From Octopus sinensis (lineage: Eukaryota): 64,000 bases of DNA. This document shows positions 13,692-25,369 of the stretch, piece after piece. The notes under the pieces are model-generated. The model saw only the letters and a program-made list of their open reading frames with translations. It made no database searches and was not told the origin of the DNA. The position numbers and the translations under genes were made by a program. The stretch lies in contig NC_042997.1 in the NCBI RefSeq assembly GCF_006345805.1, positions 60,946,001-61,010,000 of the forward strand, in the 5' to 3' direction. The stretch's first letter is position 1. Every line of letters starts with the position of its first letter.

Positions 13692-14007
13692 AATATATAT
13701 ATATGTGTGTGTGTATTTGCACTGGCACTTATCAAGTGATAAGTGCCAATACACGAAACACTTGGCTCTTGAGTCAGTCTTTTGTCTCTGCTAAATATTA
13801 ATAAGAATATACAAATATTCATATTTTAAATTTGATTTTTCCTGTTTGCATCTCTGTATTTATATATATACATACACACACACACATATATAAGGATATA
13901 TATATATGCATACATATACATAAATATGCATACATACATATACATATGCATACATATATATACATATATATGTAATATATATATATCATATATATATTAT
14001 TATATAT

Positions 14008-14046
<39 letters not shown>

Positions 14047-14123
14047 GCATACATATGCTTACACATATTTATATACATATATATGCTCACTCACACACGT
14101 ATATATGCTTTCATACACATATT

Positions 14124-14164
<41 letters not shown>

Positions 14165-14211
14165 TATATGTTTTCAACCATATATATACACATATATATA
14201 TGTATACATAA

Positions 14212-14242
<31 letters not shown>

Positions 14243-14300
14243 CATAAAAATTATATATAACATATATCATCATCATCATCATATATACATACCTATATAT
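13340..14300. repeat. Large imperfect (TA)n/(CA)n field interrupted by short PLE-terminus-like fragments
   Basis: Direct reading. The IYIY-type ORFs here are artefacts of the repeat. Confidence 0.95.
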
Positions 14301-14323
14301 GCATAATCATTATATACATTATA

Positions 14324-14663
14324 TCGGAGACCCCCTTCGGTCACGACACAGACCATGGGATTGCACCGTGAAAGTTACTCTCCTAGACACAAGTCCGGGC
14401 GAGGTTGTTTATGGAAGACCAGCAGTCGCCCATGCATACCAGCCTCCCCTCTCCACACCACCAGTGTTATCCAAGGGAAAGACAAAGGTCGATACAGCTT
14501 GGCACCAGTGACGTCGCAACTCATTTCTACAGCTGAGTGAACTGGAGCAACGTGAAATAAAGTGCCTTGCTCAAGAACACAACACGCAGCCCGGTCCGGG
14601 ATTCGAGCTCACAACCTCACGATCCTAAGCTCGACGCTCTAATCACTGAGCCATGCGCCTTCA
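14324..14663 (-). mobile_element. Young tRNA-derived SINE with CORE-like central domain
   Basis: Minus strand has A-box tggctcagtga, B-box-like gctcgaatccc, then gttcttgagcaaggcactttatttcacgttgctccag; CpGs are retained. The CORE assignment is from memory. Confidence 0.75.
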
Positions 14664-14697
14664 TACATTATATATGTATACCTATATATACATATAC

Positions 14698-14754
<57 letters not shown>

Positions 14755-14937
14755 ATATATACATTATACATAGTTATATACTTATATACATTTATATATA
14801 TATAATATATATATATATATATAATATATAATTATCAATAATAAAGGGTGAAATTAATTAATTAATTTAGAAATAATCATTAATTTCACCAAGTAGAGTT
14901 CGGCATGTAAAAGACGCATTCAAGGAAGGTTTAAGTA

Positions 14938-15219
14938 ATACTAATTAATTAAGGGTTCAGCAACGATTTGCCTCACCACACACCGAATTTAGAAATAGCA
15001 GTCAAAAAGTTTTGGCTATTCTTTCTACTTAAAAGGGAGATCCCAGTAAAACCGAAGCACTTAAAAGACGAACGACGCGCGTCGTTTGTCTTTTAAGTGC
15101 TTCGGTTTTACTGGGATCTCCCTTTTAAGTAGAAAGAATAGCCAAAACTTTTTGACTGCTATTTCTAAATTTGGTGTGTGGTGAGGCAAATCGTTGCTGA
15201 ACCCTTAATTAATTAGTAT
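14938..15219. repeat. Near-perfect 282-bp palindrome with no spacer
   Basis: 141-bp arms centred at 15078/15079, with only two mismatches (15087, 15172). Confidence 0.97.
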
Positions 15220-15294
15220 ATAAATATATATATATACATATACACACACATATATATATACACACACACACATTATATACATATATACCTATAT

Positions 15295-15335
<41 letters not shown>

Positions 15336-15354
15336 CATGCATGAACATATGTTA

Positions 15355-15510
15355 AGGATTCTTGATGAGCCTACCTCACTGCCAGAAATGCAGGTGAAGG
15401 AGGCAGCATCAAACTACCTTATTCACTAAATGTCACATATCAGAGGAGGTTTCAACTGGTGAAGGTGCAGCAAAGCCAACACTGATACCCTAGCTTGGCT
15501 GCAGTTTTTG
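15355..15510 (+). mobile_element. CR1-type LINE 3' terminal fragment
   Basis: Similar to the reverse complement of 16740-16860 (gcagcatcaaac...caccaaatgtcacac). Confidence 0.5.
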
Positions 15511-15727
15511 AGCTGAAACTAGTTAAAGAGTATTTTTCTGTGTGTGTGTGTGTGTGTGTGCATGTGTGTGTGTATACATATATACATACACACAGACACA
15601 CACATATATATGCATATACATATGTAATCATATATAAGTATACACATATACATGTATCAATATGAATACTTTATATATGCGTACATCATATATATGTGTA
15701 CATTACATATACATTAAACATATATGT

Positions 15728-16144
15728 GCAGGCGTGTATTTGTGGTAAGAAGCTTGCATCCAAACCACATGGTTCTGGGTTCAGTCCCACTGTGTGGCAC
15801 TTTGGGCAAGTGTCTTCTACTATGGCCTCAGGCTGACCAAAGCCTTTTGAGTGGATTTGGTAGATGGAAACTGAAAGAAGCCTGTCGTGTGTGTATATAT
15901 ATATAAATATATGTATGTATGTATATGTTTGTGTGTCTGTGTTTGCCCCCCCCATCGCTTGACAACTGATGTTGGTGTGTCTACATCCGTGTAACTTGGC
16001 AGTTCAGCAAAAGAGACCAGTAGAATAAGTACTAGGCTTACAAAGAATAAGCTCTGGGGTTGATGCGTTTGACTAAAGGTGGTGCCCCAGCATGGCTGCA
16101 GTCAAATGACTGAAATCAGTAAATGGATAAAGGAATAAAAGAAT
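15728..16144 (+). mobile_element. Long tRNA-headed SINE with internal (TG)n (family A)
   Basis: Head gtggtaagaagcttgc...gggttcagtcccactg, body ggcaagtgtcttctactatggcc...gaaactgaaagaagcc, tail gactgaaatcagtaa...aaagaata. Confidence 0.8.
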
Positions 16145-16260
16145 ATATATATATAAATGTATATGTATACACGACATATATGTACATATATACATGTATA
16201 CATATACACACACATATATATATTAATCAATGTGTACAATATTATATATCCATTAAGGCC

Positions 16261-16494
16261 GATCTTACGAATTGGTTTTGCACTAGGGGTTCAACGGTGT
16301 GTTAAGTAACAGTCTGATTATGAATCCCTGCACCATTTAGAGGTAACTGTTATGGAATGAAATATAGAGAATGCTCCTTATATTCATTCTCTATATTTCA
16401 TTCATAATGGCTACCTCTGAAGAATACAGTTACATAATCAAACTATTACCTAATACTGCATTGAACTCCTAGTGTGAAACCAATTAGTAAGATC
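16261..16494. repeat. Imperfect fold-back palindrome, ~234 bp
   Basis: Outer arms gatcttacgaattggttttgcactaggggttcaa / ttgaactcctagtgtgaaaccaattagtaagatc; inner arms gaatgaaatatagagaatg / cattctctatatttcattc. Confidence 0.85.
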
Positions 16495-16598
16495 AATTAA
16501 TATACCCTCTCTACTGACAGATACATGAGTGCATTTTTCCTGACTTATGGACACTTAGATGGCATACACACATACACACATGTATATATATAGATATA

Positions 16599-16656
<58 letters not shown>

Positions 16657-16739
16657 CACACACACACATATATATACATACAAACACTCTTTAACTAATC
16701 AAAGCCTAAGAGCTGCAGCCATGCTGGTGCACAGCTTCA

Positions 16740-17640
16740 CTACAGCTTCACCACTTGAAACATCTAATGTGTGACATTTGGTGAATGCAGGTGTTTGATG
16801 CTACTGCTCTCAACTGCATTTTCTGCTGTGAGGTGGCTTCATCCAGAATGCTTGACAGGAAGAGTTCCAGTTTTGCTTTCAAGGCACCTACATCCACACC
16901 ATGCAGGTCTGTCAGGCTTTTTTGGGTGGATATTGAAGAGTTGTGGGCCCCTGTTGCAGTATCTGGTCCGGTATCTTGATGGTGATGTTAGGATCTTTGG
17001 CGCTATGTAGTGTACCCAGTTCTGCTGTTTATGTAACTTTCAATGTGAAAGGTTGGTACAAGTTCCTTCTGAATTTTCCTGATATATGAGGAGGTGCTGA
17101 TATATTCTTGGCTTTAAGGGTATCACAAAAGGCCTGGTTGAAGACCCAACCTTCTGAGTTCTTTTATGGGACTTAGAAAAAATAACGGACCACTGCAATA
17201 AATATGTGAATCTGTGAGGGGAATATGTTGGATAAAATCATAATTAATTGATTCTCCTCTATTTTCTTGTATTCAAAGCCAGGAACTTTTCAGCACCCCC
17301 TCATATATCACTACATATCTTTCCTGACTCCATTCTAGGGAGTAGTGTCTAACCATTTTCAGCCTTACCCCATAGCTGACATGTTGCATTGAGTTGATCT
17401 TCTTTGTGTAGCTTCACTGCATTTCTTTGAGTTCTGCTGTTAATTTTACACTGTGTGGTGACTATAGTTGGGAGAAACAACTGAGGACATATGTCCTCCA
17501 GAGGACCGTCAGCTGGCTAGATGGATCCTTTGAATTTTCAGAACATCTGCATTTTATTGCCAACTTAGTACTATGCACCTAGAAAGATGTCTCATTACTC
17601 ATGTCAATGCCCAAGTCATGCACTGATTTTGATTCAGGGA
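16740..17640 (-). mobile_element. CR1-type LINE 3' portion, interrupted by a MITE
   Basis: Minus strand reads KLTAELKEMQ*SY...RLKMVRHYSLEW, followed by a typical CR1 3' end. Confidence 0.6.
17087..17303. mobile_element. Mariner-type MITE (inverted copy of 4507-4722)
   Basis: TIRs tgaggaggtgctgatatattcttggcttt / aaagccaggaacttttcagcaccccctca with TA on both sides. Confidence 0.8.
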
Positions 17641-18539
17641 CTGCAATCCCCCCCCCACTGCATTTCATTTTGATCATTAAAAGATAAGGACACTAAATCT
17701 GATATTAAATAAGCAATTATTAGTTGTGCCTCACCATATATTATTGAGGACTTGAAGTATAATTTATGCTTGGAAGAAATATTCCGTATCTTTACCTATA
17801 ACAACAGTTTATTAAATTACAGAAATGAATTAACTCTAAAATGCACACATTCATTTAGAAAAGCATTTAAATATTTTCCAAATGAGAATTTTTAATAGGA
17901 TATCATATAGATATCCTAAAGTGCACTGGTTTCAATACCCAAGTTAGCCAAGTTGAATAATCATAAATTTTCTCTAGTTAAATTTTAGCAATCTCATGAT
18001 AAACCTCATAATTATAGGATTATTTTTTGTGGATTGTGACTATGTATGACTACAATTTCAACATATTTCATTCATCTTAATCAATACTACACTTCTAATG
18101 TTCCAAAGAATATAAAACTTTCTTGCTAGGGACTAGTTTCAATACCCAAATTAAAATGGCATTTCTTTATTTCCCTTTTAATTCCTATTTTTCTAATCCC
18201 TATGAAATCTATTTATTTTATATTAAATTATTTTAACTTCATGATGAGTCGTCGGTGAGGTGAACGCATCCTGACCTAATTAAGGATTTTCCTACTACTA
18301 AGAATGTAAAATAATCTATTCCCTTCAATTCTAAAAAGGTCACGCTAAGTTTAAATCTTGAAAATGTATAATTTTCCATTCTCCTTTATATATATATGTA
18401 CACTATATTCTTAGACACTATATTTTTATATACCTTACTTTATCCTTAATGCCAATCCTTAACTTTCTCCCTCACTCTATGTACCTCTCTTTCTATTTAT
18501 TTACTTTTCTTTCTTTTTACCACTTAACAATCACCTCTG

Positions 18540-18935
18540 CTATCATTCTGTTATTGAACGTTGATATGTTTCCATCTTTTTTCCGGATATTTACACTATC
18601 AGGACTTTAACCTACATAGATTTATACAGGATACACCAAAGGACTTATGGACTCATTTCTACAAGATCAGAAAGTTGAAATGTGAACTTTTCTTCTTCTT
18701 TTTTCTTCTCTTTCTTCCTCTCCTTATTCCTTTACTCCTGTCCTCTATGTCGTTATCTCATTAATCTATACCCTTCTCATTTTCTCTATTTGTCTCCAAT
18801 GATGGAATATCCCAAACTCTGGGATATCCTAGAAACAGCAGTAAGACTTTGAATCTTGTTTTCCAATAATAATAATGTATATGACTTGAGATGTTTGCAT
18901 TGCCTTAACATTTGTTGTCCTCTAACAATTATATA
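18540..18935 (+). mobile_element. PLE pLTR-like repeat with decayed hammerhead motif (homologous to 61012-61440, minus)
   Basis: Shares cattctgttattgaacgttgatatg, gaaagttgaa.t.tgaac and tatatgacttgagatgtttgc.ttgccttaa with the 61-kb copy. Confidence 0.6.
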
Positions 18936-19089
18936 TCCGCTGTATTGGAAATCTGCAATGGCTCCATAACTACCATCTCGGCTATAACCTTGGAGCCCTA
19001 GTAATCCATTACAGCACCTACCTAGCATAACTAGTCATTTAGATCATTTGTGAAATAAACTCCCATATTTTGTATATATATATATGTAT

Positions 19090-19120
<31 letters not shown>

Positions 19121-20769
19121 CACAACTTTCAAACACATTTACCCAATGTACAATGGTATCGATAAATAAATTCCATAAGTAAATTACAACCCCTCTTAAA
19201 TATGTAACTAAACAGCGACAACTCTATTAAGTCATAAAAATTACAATCCCTACTGTCTTCTGTAGTGTAATATAGAAGTAAAGCTTAATAACCACATTAT
19301 TTCAATCAATCAATATACAGTTAGGATTAAACACTAACCTTACTAAAACTACAGGAGACATTTAAACAAATGTACATTGTATTGGTATTAATAATAAACA
19401 ATAACTAAAATATATGCTAAATTGCGTATATATACATATACAAATACACATATAAATACCTACAGACATGTACACACATATCTAATTAAAATAGTAAAGG
19501 AAAAAACAATCAAGGGAGTCACAGAACACATCCAAAGTTACCTAGACTGAATTACAAATTTGTTTTAAGAGTTTTGTGGTTGCATGAAATGATTCAGTCA
19601 GATATTTTAATTAGCAATTAGACCTTGAAGAAAAAAAAGCTTCAAGTACTTCAGACATACATAAGTTGCAGGAGATTCTATTTCCAGTATATAGCTGAGT
19701 GTTTTTAGCATGCTGTATTCAAGTTTAACAAGTGTGATATTTAAAAATTTCCAATATAAGTTACAAAAAATTGGATTTCTTGCATCGTGTTGTCAAAAGC
19801 ACTATATATATAGAAATAAAAACTTCTTTGTTATTAAGAATATTGACTATGCTTTTGTGGTCACGATGGTCACATTGAGATACTCAGAAGGCCCTCACTC
19901 AAATTTGTGCACTTGTAATATATGTTGTATGATCTTTACTTTGATTTTAAAATTATTATATAGTCGAAACTATATTTTGGACAAGATCCAGTAATATGAT
20001 AGTTTTAGTGTTTTTGTTAAAGACAATGTCATGCCTTGGCTGGAACGGTGGGTAGTTTTTCATAAGAATAAAGAATATTTCAACAAAAGGAGTGGCAACT
20101 TTCAATTTATAACAAAAGATAAACCAGCAGATGTGTCTTTCCCTTAATTATTTCCAGTACAAATCACAATTTGCATGCAACAAAAACCAGCCAGTAGCCT
20201 TCTACTTGAAATCACATTATAACAGATTGAACAGCCATTAAAGATTTCCTCATTAGAAGGAGTTTTCAATAACATAAGGGAAGTATTACAAGTTAATTTA
20301 TCAAGGATATTTTTCAGTTTTCAGACTATTTATATAACTATAAGTTTCATTGTATTTATCATAAATATAGAAGTTACTATTCAGAAAACAAAATATAGTA
20401 GTACTCATGTACTAGAGTAATTGGATTCTCTACATAATAACAACCATAAAAATAATGAAATTCATAAATATATGAAAAGAATTATCCAACAACAAATTGC
20501 ACTAAGAACATTTTTTTGAAATACTTCACTTTCATTATCTTAGTTTCTGCCCATAAGCCAATCTGATGAACGATTCTATATACGACAAAACAAGGCTTGT
20601 TAGAAATGGTTATAGTGACAGGATATATGATATAACAATTTTGCACATATACATAGACCAAGCAAAAAGCACCTATGCTGGTACTACAGAAAAAGTACCT
20701 GTGCCAGTGTCATGTAAAGAGGACCCAGCACACAATACATATACACTCACAAATATGTATTTATATATA

Positions 20770-21006
20770 TAAAATTAATATAAACAGCAGTTTGCAATGT
20801 TTAACCAAAAAGGAGAATTATAATTGTTACTAAATGTGACTAGGGTATAAGGAAACTCCTACATTGCTAAAAATAAGAGCTAAAGTGCTCCAATGCTCTT
20901 ATTTCTAGCAATGTAGGTGTTTCCTAACAACCTAGTTAATATTTAGTGACAAGTATAATTCTCCTGTTTGGTGAAACATTGCAAACTGCTGTTTATATTA
21001 ATTTTA
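20770..21006. repeat. Imperfect palindrome, 237 bp, 14-nt loop
   Basis: Arms taaaattaatataaacagcagtttgcaatgttt...aataagagc / gctcttatt...aaacattgcaaactgctgtttatattaatttta. Confidence 0.9.
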
Positions 21007-21524
21007 AATACACACATTAGTGACTCACTAAATCATCCAATAATTTGGATGGCGAAAACATAAATACTAAAAGCCAAACAATTGAGTGGGCTTAATTGAT
21101 GAGGCAATGGAAATTTCCGGAACCAACATCAATATTAAGAATTCTTGATCAGCATTATTTGGACAACTATAGTCCCTGTTAGAGTATATGTTTGCATTCA
21201 TGTGCATGAACTACAGCTTTGGAGCACTTTAGGTCTTATTTCTAGCAATGTGTTTCCTAACACGCTAGTCACATCTAGTGACAATTATTTATATATATAT
21301 ATACATAAACATTATTCTTATATAAGAATATTGTTGACAATGACTTTGAAGTTTCAACCAGCTAAGCCTTCAACAGACTGAGCTGGCCAAAACTTCGAAG
21401 TCACTGTCAAAACATACTTACATAGGAATAATAAATTTGTACTCTACAAAAGTATAGAGTAACCCATCAGATTAATGTAAAATTGTTTTTATTATAACTG
21501 AACCTAAATAAGTATATATATATA

Positions 21525-21610
21525 CAAGGTGGTATCAAAAAGTTCCCAAACTAGTTCTGTAGCATGCCAACAGATGACCGTACACTGTTGTGTGCACAGC
21601 GAGACCTTGC
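21525..21610 (+). mobile_element. Solo mariner-like terminal fragment
   Basis: TA followed by caaggtggtatcaaaaagttccc resembles a mariner TIR; no partner TIR was found. Confidence 0.35.
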
Positions 21611-22145
21611 AGTGACCTTATTTTTTCATAATCTCTTAGTTGTTGATGAAAATGCCATCAATAATCTGCCTCAAAAGAATAATATCTTTGAGATGATGGA
21701 CCATCCCGCTATATATCTAGCAACATTAATTAAAGTTGGTATATACCAATAGATATATTATCTTCTGAAGATCTGATGTTTCTGTGTGATTATGCAATCA
21801 TATATATAACAATTACTGCACAACATACAAGCATTCACTCGTGAAATATGTGTAAAGATTATGTAATTTATGATTTCATAATTAAAAGACAAACTAAATC
21901 TCCTGTTTTGACCTGCTCTCAGATGTACATTCTGTAAATTATTCAAATGTATCATCAAAAGAAAATTCGATTGCAATTTGGAAATGCATGAATTTTGATG
22001 GAATTCTTCAATACATACATTTTACATGTATGTATGTATGTATCTATGTAAGTTTTATATATATATAGCAAAAACTGTCCGATGAACGGCAACGGGAAAC
22101 TCAGAGTAACAGGTTTTGTCGAATTTTCTGCTGCTTTAAATATGT

Positions 22146-22176
<31 letters not shown>

Positions 22177-22529
22177 GGGACCATGTCTCCCTTATCAGTC
22201 ATTAAAATAATTCTTCCATGGCTATTGAGTTGTTTTGACTCTTATTTCTAGCAATACTTCAGCTGAATAGTACCCTTTGTCACTTTAATGACGTATATAT
22301 TTCTACCTTAGGTTGTAAAATTGCAAATTAGCAAATCATTATTTTTAATTTTCACTTTTACTATTTATGAAATTAGCATATGATTTCAACAGAAATCTTA
22401 TAAGCTGACCAGATGAGCTGAGTTTAATCTTAGGCATAGTGAGAGCCATCAATGAGCATTAAGATGCATTAAGCATCAAAAGGGAAAATCATCAATGATC
22501 TGGCTATATCTGCAATGATCTGGCTATAT

Positions 22530-23762
22530 CTTGTCTCCCTTGTCAGTCATTAAGATAGTGCTTCTGCGGCTATTGAGTTGTTTTGATTTTATTTTGTATG
22601 TGCAATCATTTATATCTCTATAGAGTAAGTGGCAAATTACAGCACTGAATTAATTGTGGCTTCTGATTTACAGGTGTTTGAACCAAGTCAAGTGTTAAAT
22701 GGAGCCTGTTGAGTGTCGAGCAGTGATCCGGTTTTTGTATTTGAAAGGACGCACACCACGGGAGACTTTTGATGAAATGAAAGTAACTTATGGTGATGAT
22801 GCCCCATCATATGACCTTGTAAAACGCTGGCATCGTGAATTCAAACATGGTCGGAACTCTGTGGAAACAGCTCCCAGATCTGGTCGCCCCCTTCTGACAT
22901 TGATGAGGCATCTGTCCATCAAGTTGAGGTTGCCATTTTGGAAGATCGACGCATAACTATTCGCCAAATAGCCCATGAGGTCAAGATTAGTACCGGGTCT
23001 GTGGAAACTATCATTCATGACCATTTGCATATGCAAAAGGTATCTGCCAGATGGATTCCCAGGTTGCTCACGCCTTTCCAGAAGTAAGAACGCATCGAGT
23101 GCTCGGGGGTGAATTTGGAGATGTGCCAAGAAGATGAGTCAAAATTTTTCAAAAGAGTGATTACACATGATGAAACCTGGGTCCATCACGATGATCCAGA
23201 GACCAAAGCCCAGTCAATGCAGTGGAAGCACCGTGACTCACCCCCTCCAAAGAAGGCAAGGATGCAGCCCTCCGCTGGCAAGGTCATGCTCACAGTCTTC
23301 TGGGACCAGGACGGAGTAGTGATGACAGATTTCCTGGCAAAGGGTACCACAATTGCAGGAGCCTATTATACTTCACTTTTGAGGAAATTAAGAGAAGTTA
23401 TCAAAATCAAGAGGCGGGGCAAGATCAGCAAAGGCATCCTCCTCCTGCAGGACAATGCTCAGGTCCACAACTACTTTCCTGACCTTGCACCCTCTGATTT
23501 TCACCTCTTCCCAGTCATGAAGTTGTTTTTGAAAGGAAAGCGTTTCCCAGATGATGCAGCCTTGATTTCTGAAGTCGCGTTCAGGTTGGAGGACTAAGCT
23601 GGGGTCTTCTATAAAAACGGTCTCCAGAGCTGCATCAAACAATGGGAGAAATGCGTAACTCTGGGTGGTTCGTATGTAGAAAAAGACTAATAACTGTGCC
23701 AAGTTTTGTTGCTCTACTGCTATGGGAAGTGGGTCAGGGGCATTACTTATTGAACGCCCCTC

Positions 23763-23763
<1 letters not shown>
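22530..23763 (+). mobile_element. Mariner (DDxD) transposon, decayed; 3' TIR present, 5' TIR not found
   Basis: ORFs 22699-22956 (HTH) and 23109-23597 (ITHDETWVH, QDNA, PDLAPSDFHLF); a WIPRLL motif lies between them; 3' end cattacttattgaacgcccctcg|ta. Confidence 0.9.
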
Positions 23764-23831
<68 letters not shown>

Positions 23832-23868
23832 CACACATACACACACACATACATATATATATATACAT

Positions 23869-23909
<41 letters not shown>

Positions 23910-24049
23910 ATGAAGTTAAACTAAGTTTTGATATTTTGAATGCATTTAATATGCATGTTTGAGGTCACTGAAGGGATGAGAAAGGAATTCATATCTTACA
24001 CAACTTCTTTCGCATTTAAGATATTGTTGAATGAGACATAATATGATTT

Positions 24050-24220
24050 TATTCTTTCCTACTCTAGGCACAAGGCCCAAATTTTTGGGGGAGGGGGTCA
24101 GTTGATTAGATTGACCCAAGTATGCAACTGGTACTTAATTTATCAACCCCAAAAGGATGAAAGGCAAAGTTGACCTCGGTGGAATTTGAACTCAGTACAT
24201 AAAGACAGGCAAAATACCGC
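24050..24220 (-). mobile_element. SINE family B fragment
   Basis: aaaggatgaaaggcaaagttgacctcggtggaatttgaactc. Confidence 0.7.
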
Positions 24221-25369
24221 TTTTATTATTTTTTATGCAATGATCTGAAATTTGTGTATTAAATGCATTCAAAATATCATTACTTGGTTTGGCTTCATTA
24301 TTATGTATTCTATAACTCCATGCTGATACAAGCAAGTCAGTCCTTATTTCATTTACATGGATACTTTAACAAGGATTTGGAATGGTTTGTACAATTTGAC
24401 TTGAGTCAGGAAATTCAGGTAACATTCATTGTTTCTAAGCTAATATGAAATGTGCCCGCGTGTGTGTGTGTGTGTGTGTTCATGTGTGTGCGTATGTTTG
24501 TATATGCGCACGCACATGCACATACACGTTGCCTTCTCTCTTTACAGTCAGTTATGAGGTACGGTGAGAAGGGTTGTGGAGGCCACTTACAGCATCTCAT
24601 TATCCAGAAACGGTGAAATCAAAATGACCTTTCTGAAAAATTGATATTCAACTGGAACCATCTAAGGATGGTCCAGTGTGGAGTACAGTATGGTCTAGAA
24701 ATTAAGAAAGAAGTCTGGCAAATTATTACTTTTCTTATACAAACATCTGTGTACATTATCAAAAATGTCAATGTGGATGATGGTGGTAGTGGTAGTTGTG
24801 ATAATAGATGGTGATTGTGATGATAGTGGTGGCAATAATAATGATAAGGGTGGTGGTGGTGATGATTGGAGTGATAGTGATTTTAGTAAATATGTCCAAT
24901 GTCTACTTGATATGATGAAAAATATTGAAAAAAAACAAAAGAAAGCAAATATCAATAAAAAATTTCTGCTTTGATTTTTTTATACAGATTAACAATAATA
25001 ACAACTAATATTACATAAATAAAATTAACCTTATGGGGTTGGTACTATTAATATTCAGAAGTAAAATAACTATGCAGCTAACTCTTCTGAAATTTGGAAA
25101 AGTAAATAAACAGTGGTATAAATGAGTTTTCTGTATGAAAATGTCATCACAGCAGGTATCTTTTCACCTACCACAGAAATGGTTTCACATCTGTGCCACA
25201 ACTGTCACAACTGTTACAATTTTACCACTACTGCATGTGTGTGTGTGTGTGTGGGGGGGGTTCTTCAGTATACTGATGCAAAATCCTCATCATGTTGATT
25301 TGATAATGGTTTGAATAGGATCAAAATTAAAAACAATGGTTCCTTGCCAAGTAAAATTAGTGTAGGACA

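Noticed and set aside
13425-14306. Long IYIY/YIHT ORFs (also 23388-23962, 33669-34183, 54177-55514, 58429-58736)
   Set aside because: Translations of (TA)n, (CA)n and (TACA)n microsatellites.
14595-14663. tRNA-like A and B boxes (also at other SINE heads)
   Set aside because: No complete cloverleaf; the sequence continues into a SINE body.
18125-18300. gaaactagtc (minus) and atgatgagtcg (plus) hammerhead-like pieces
   Set aside because: Core and stems could not be assembled on one strand.
24591-24693. Longer exon with a single in-frame TGA (possible readthrough)
   Set aside because: A closer strong acceptor at 24633 gives a stop-free exon, and no SECIS evidence was seen.
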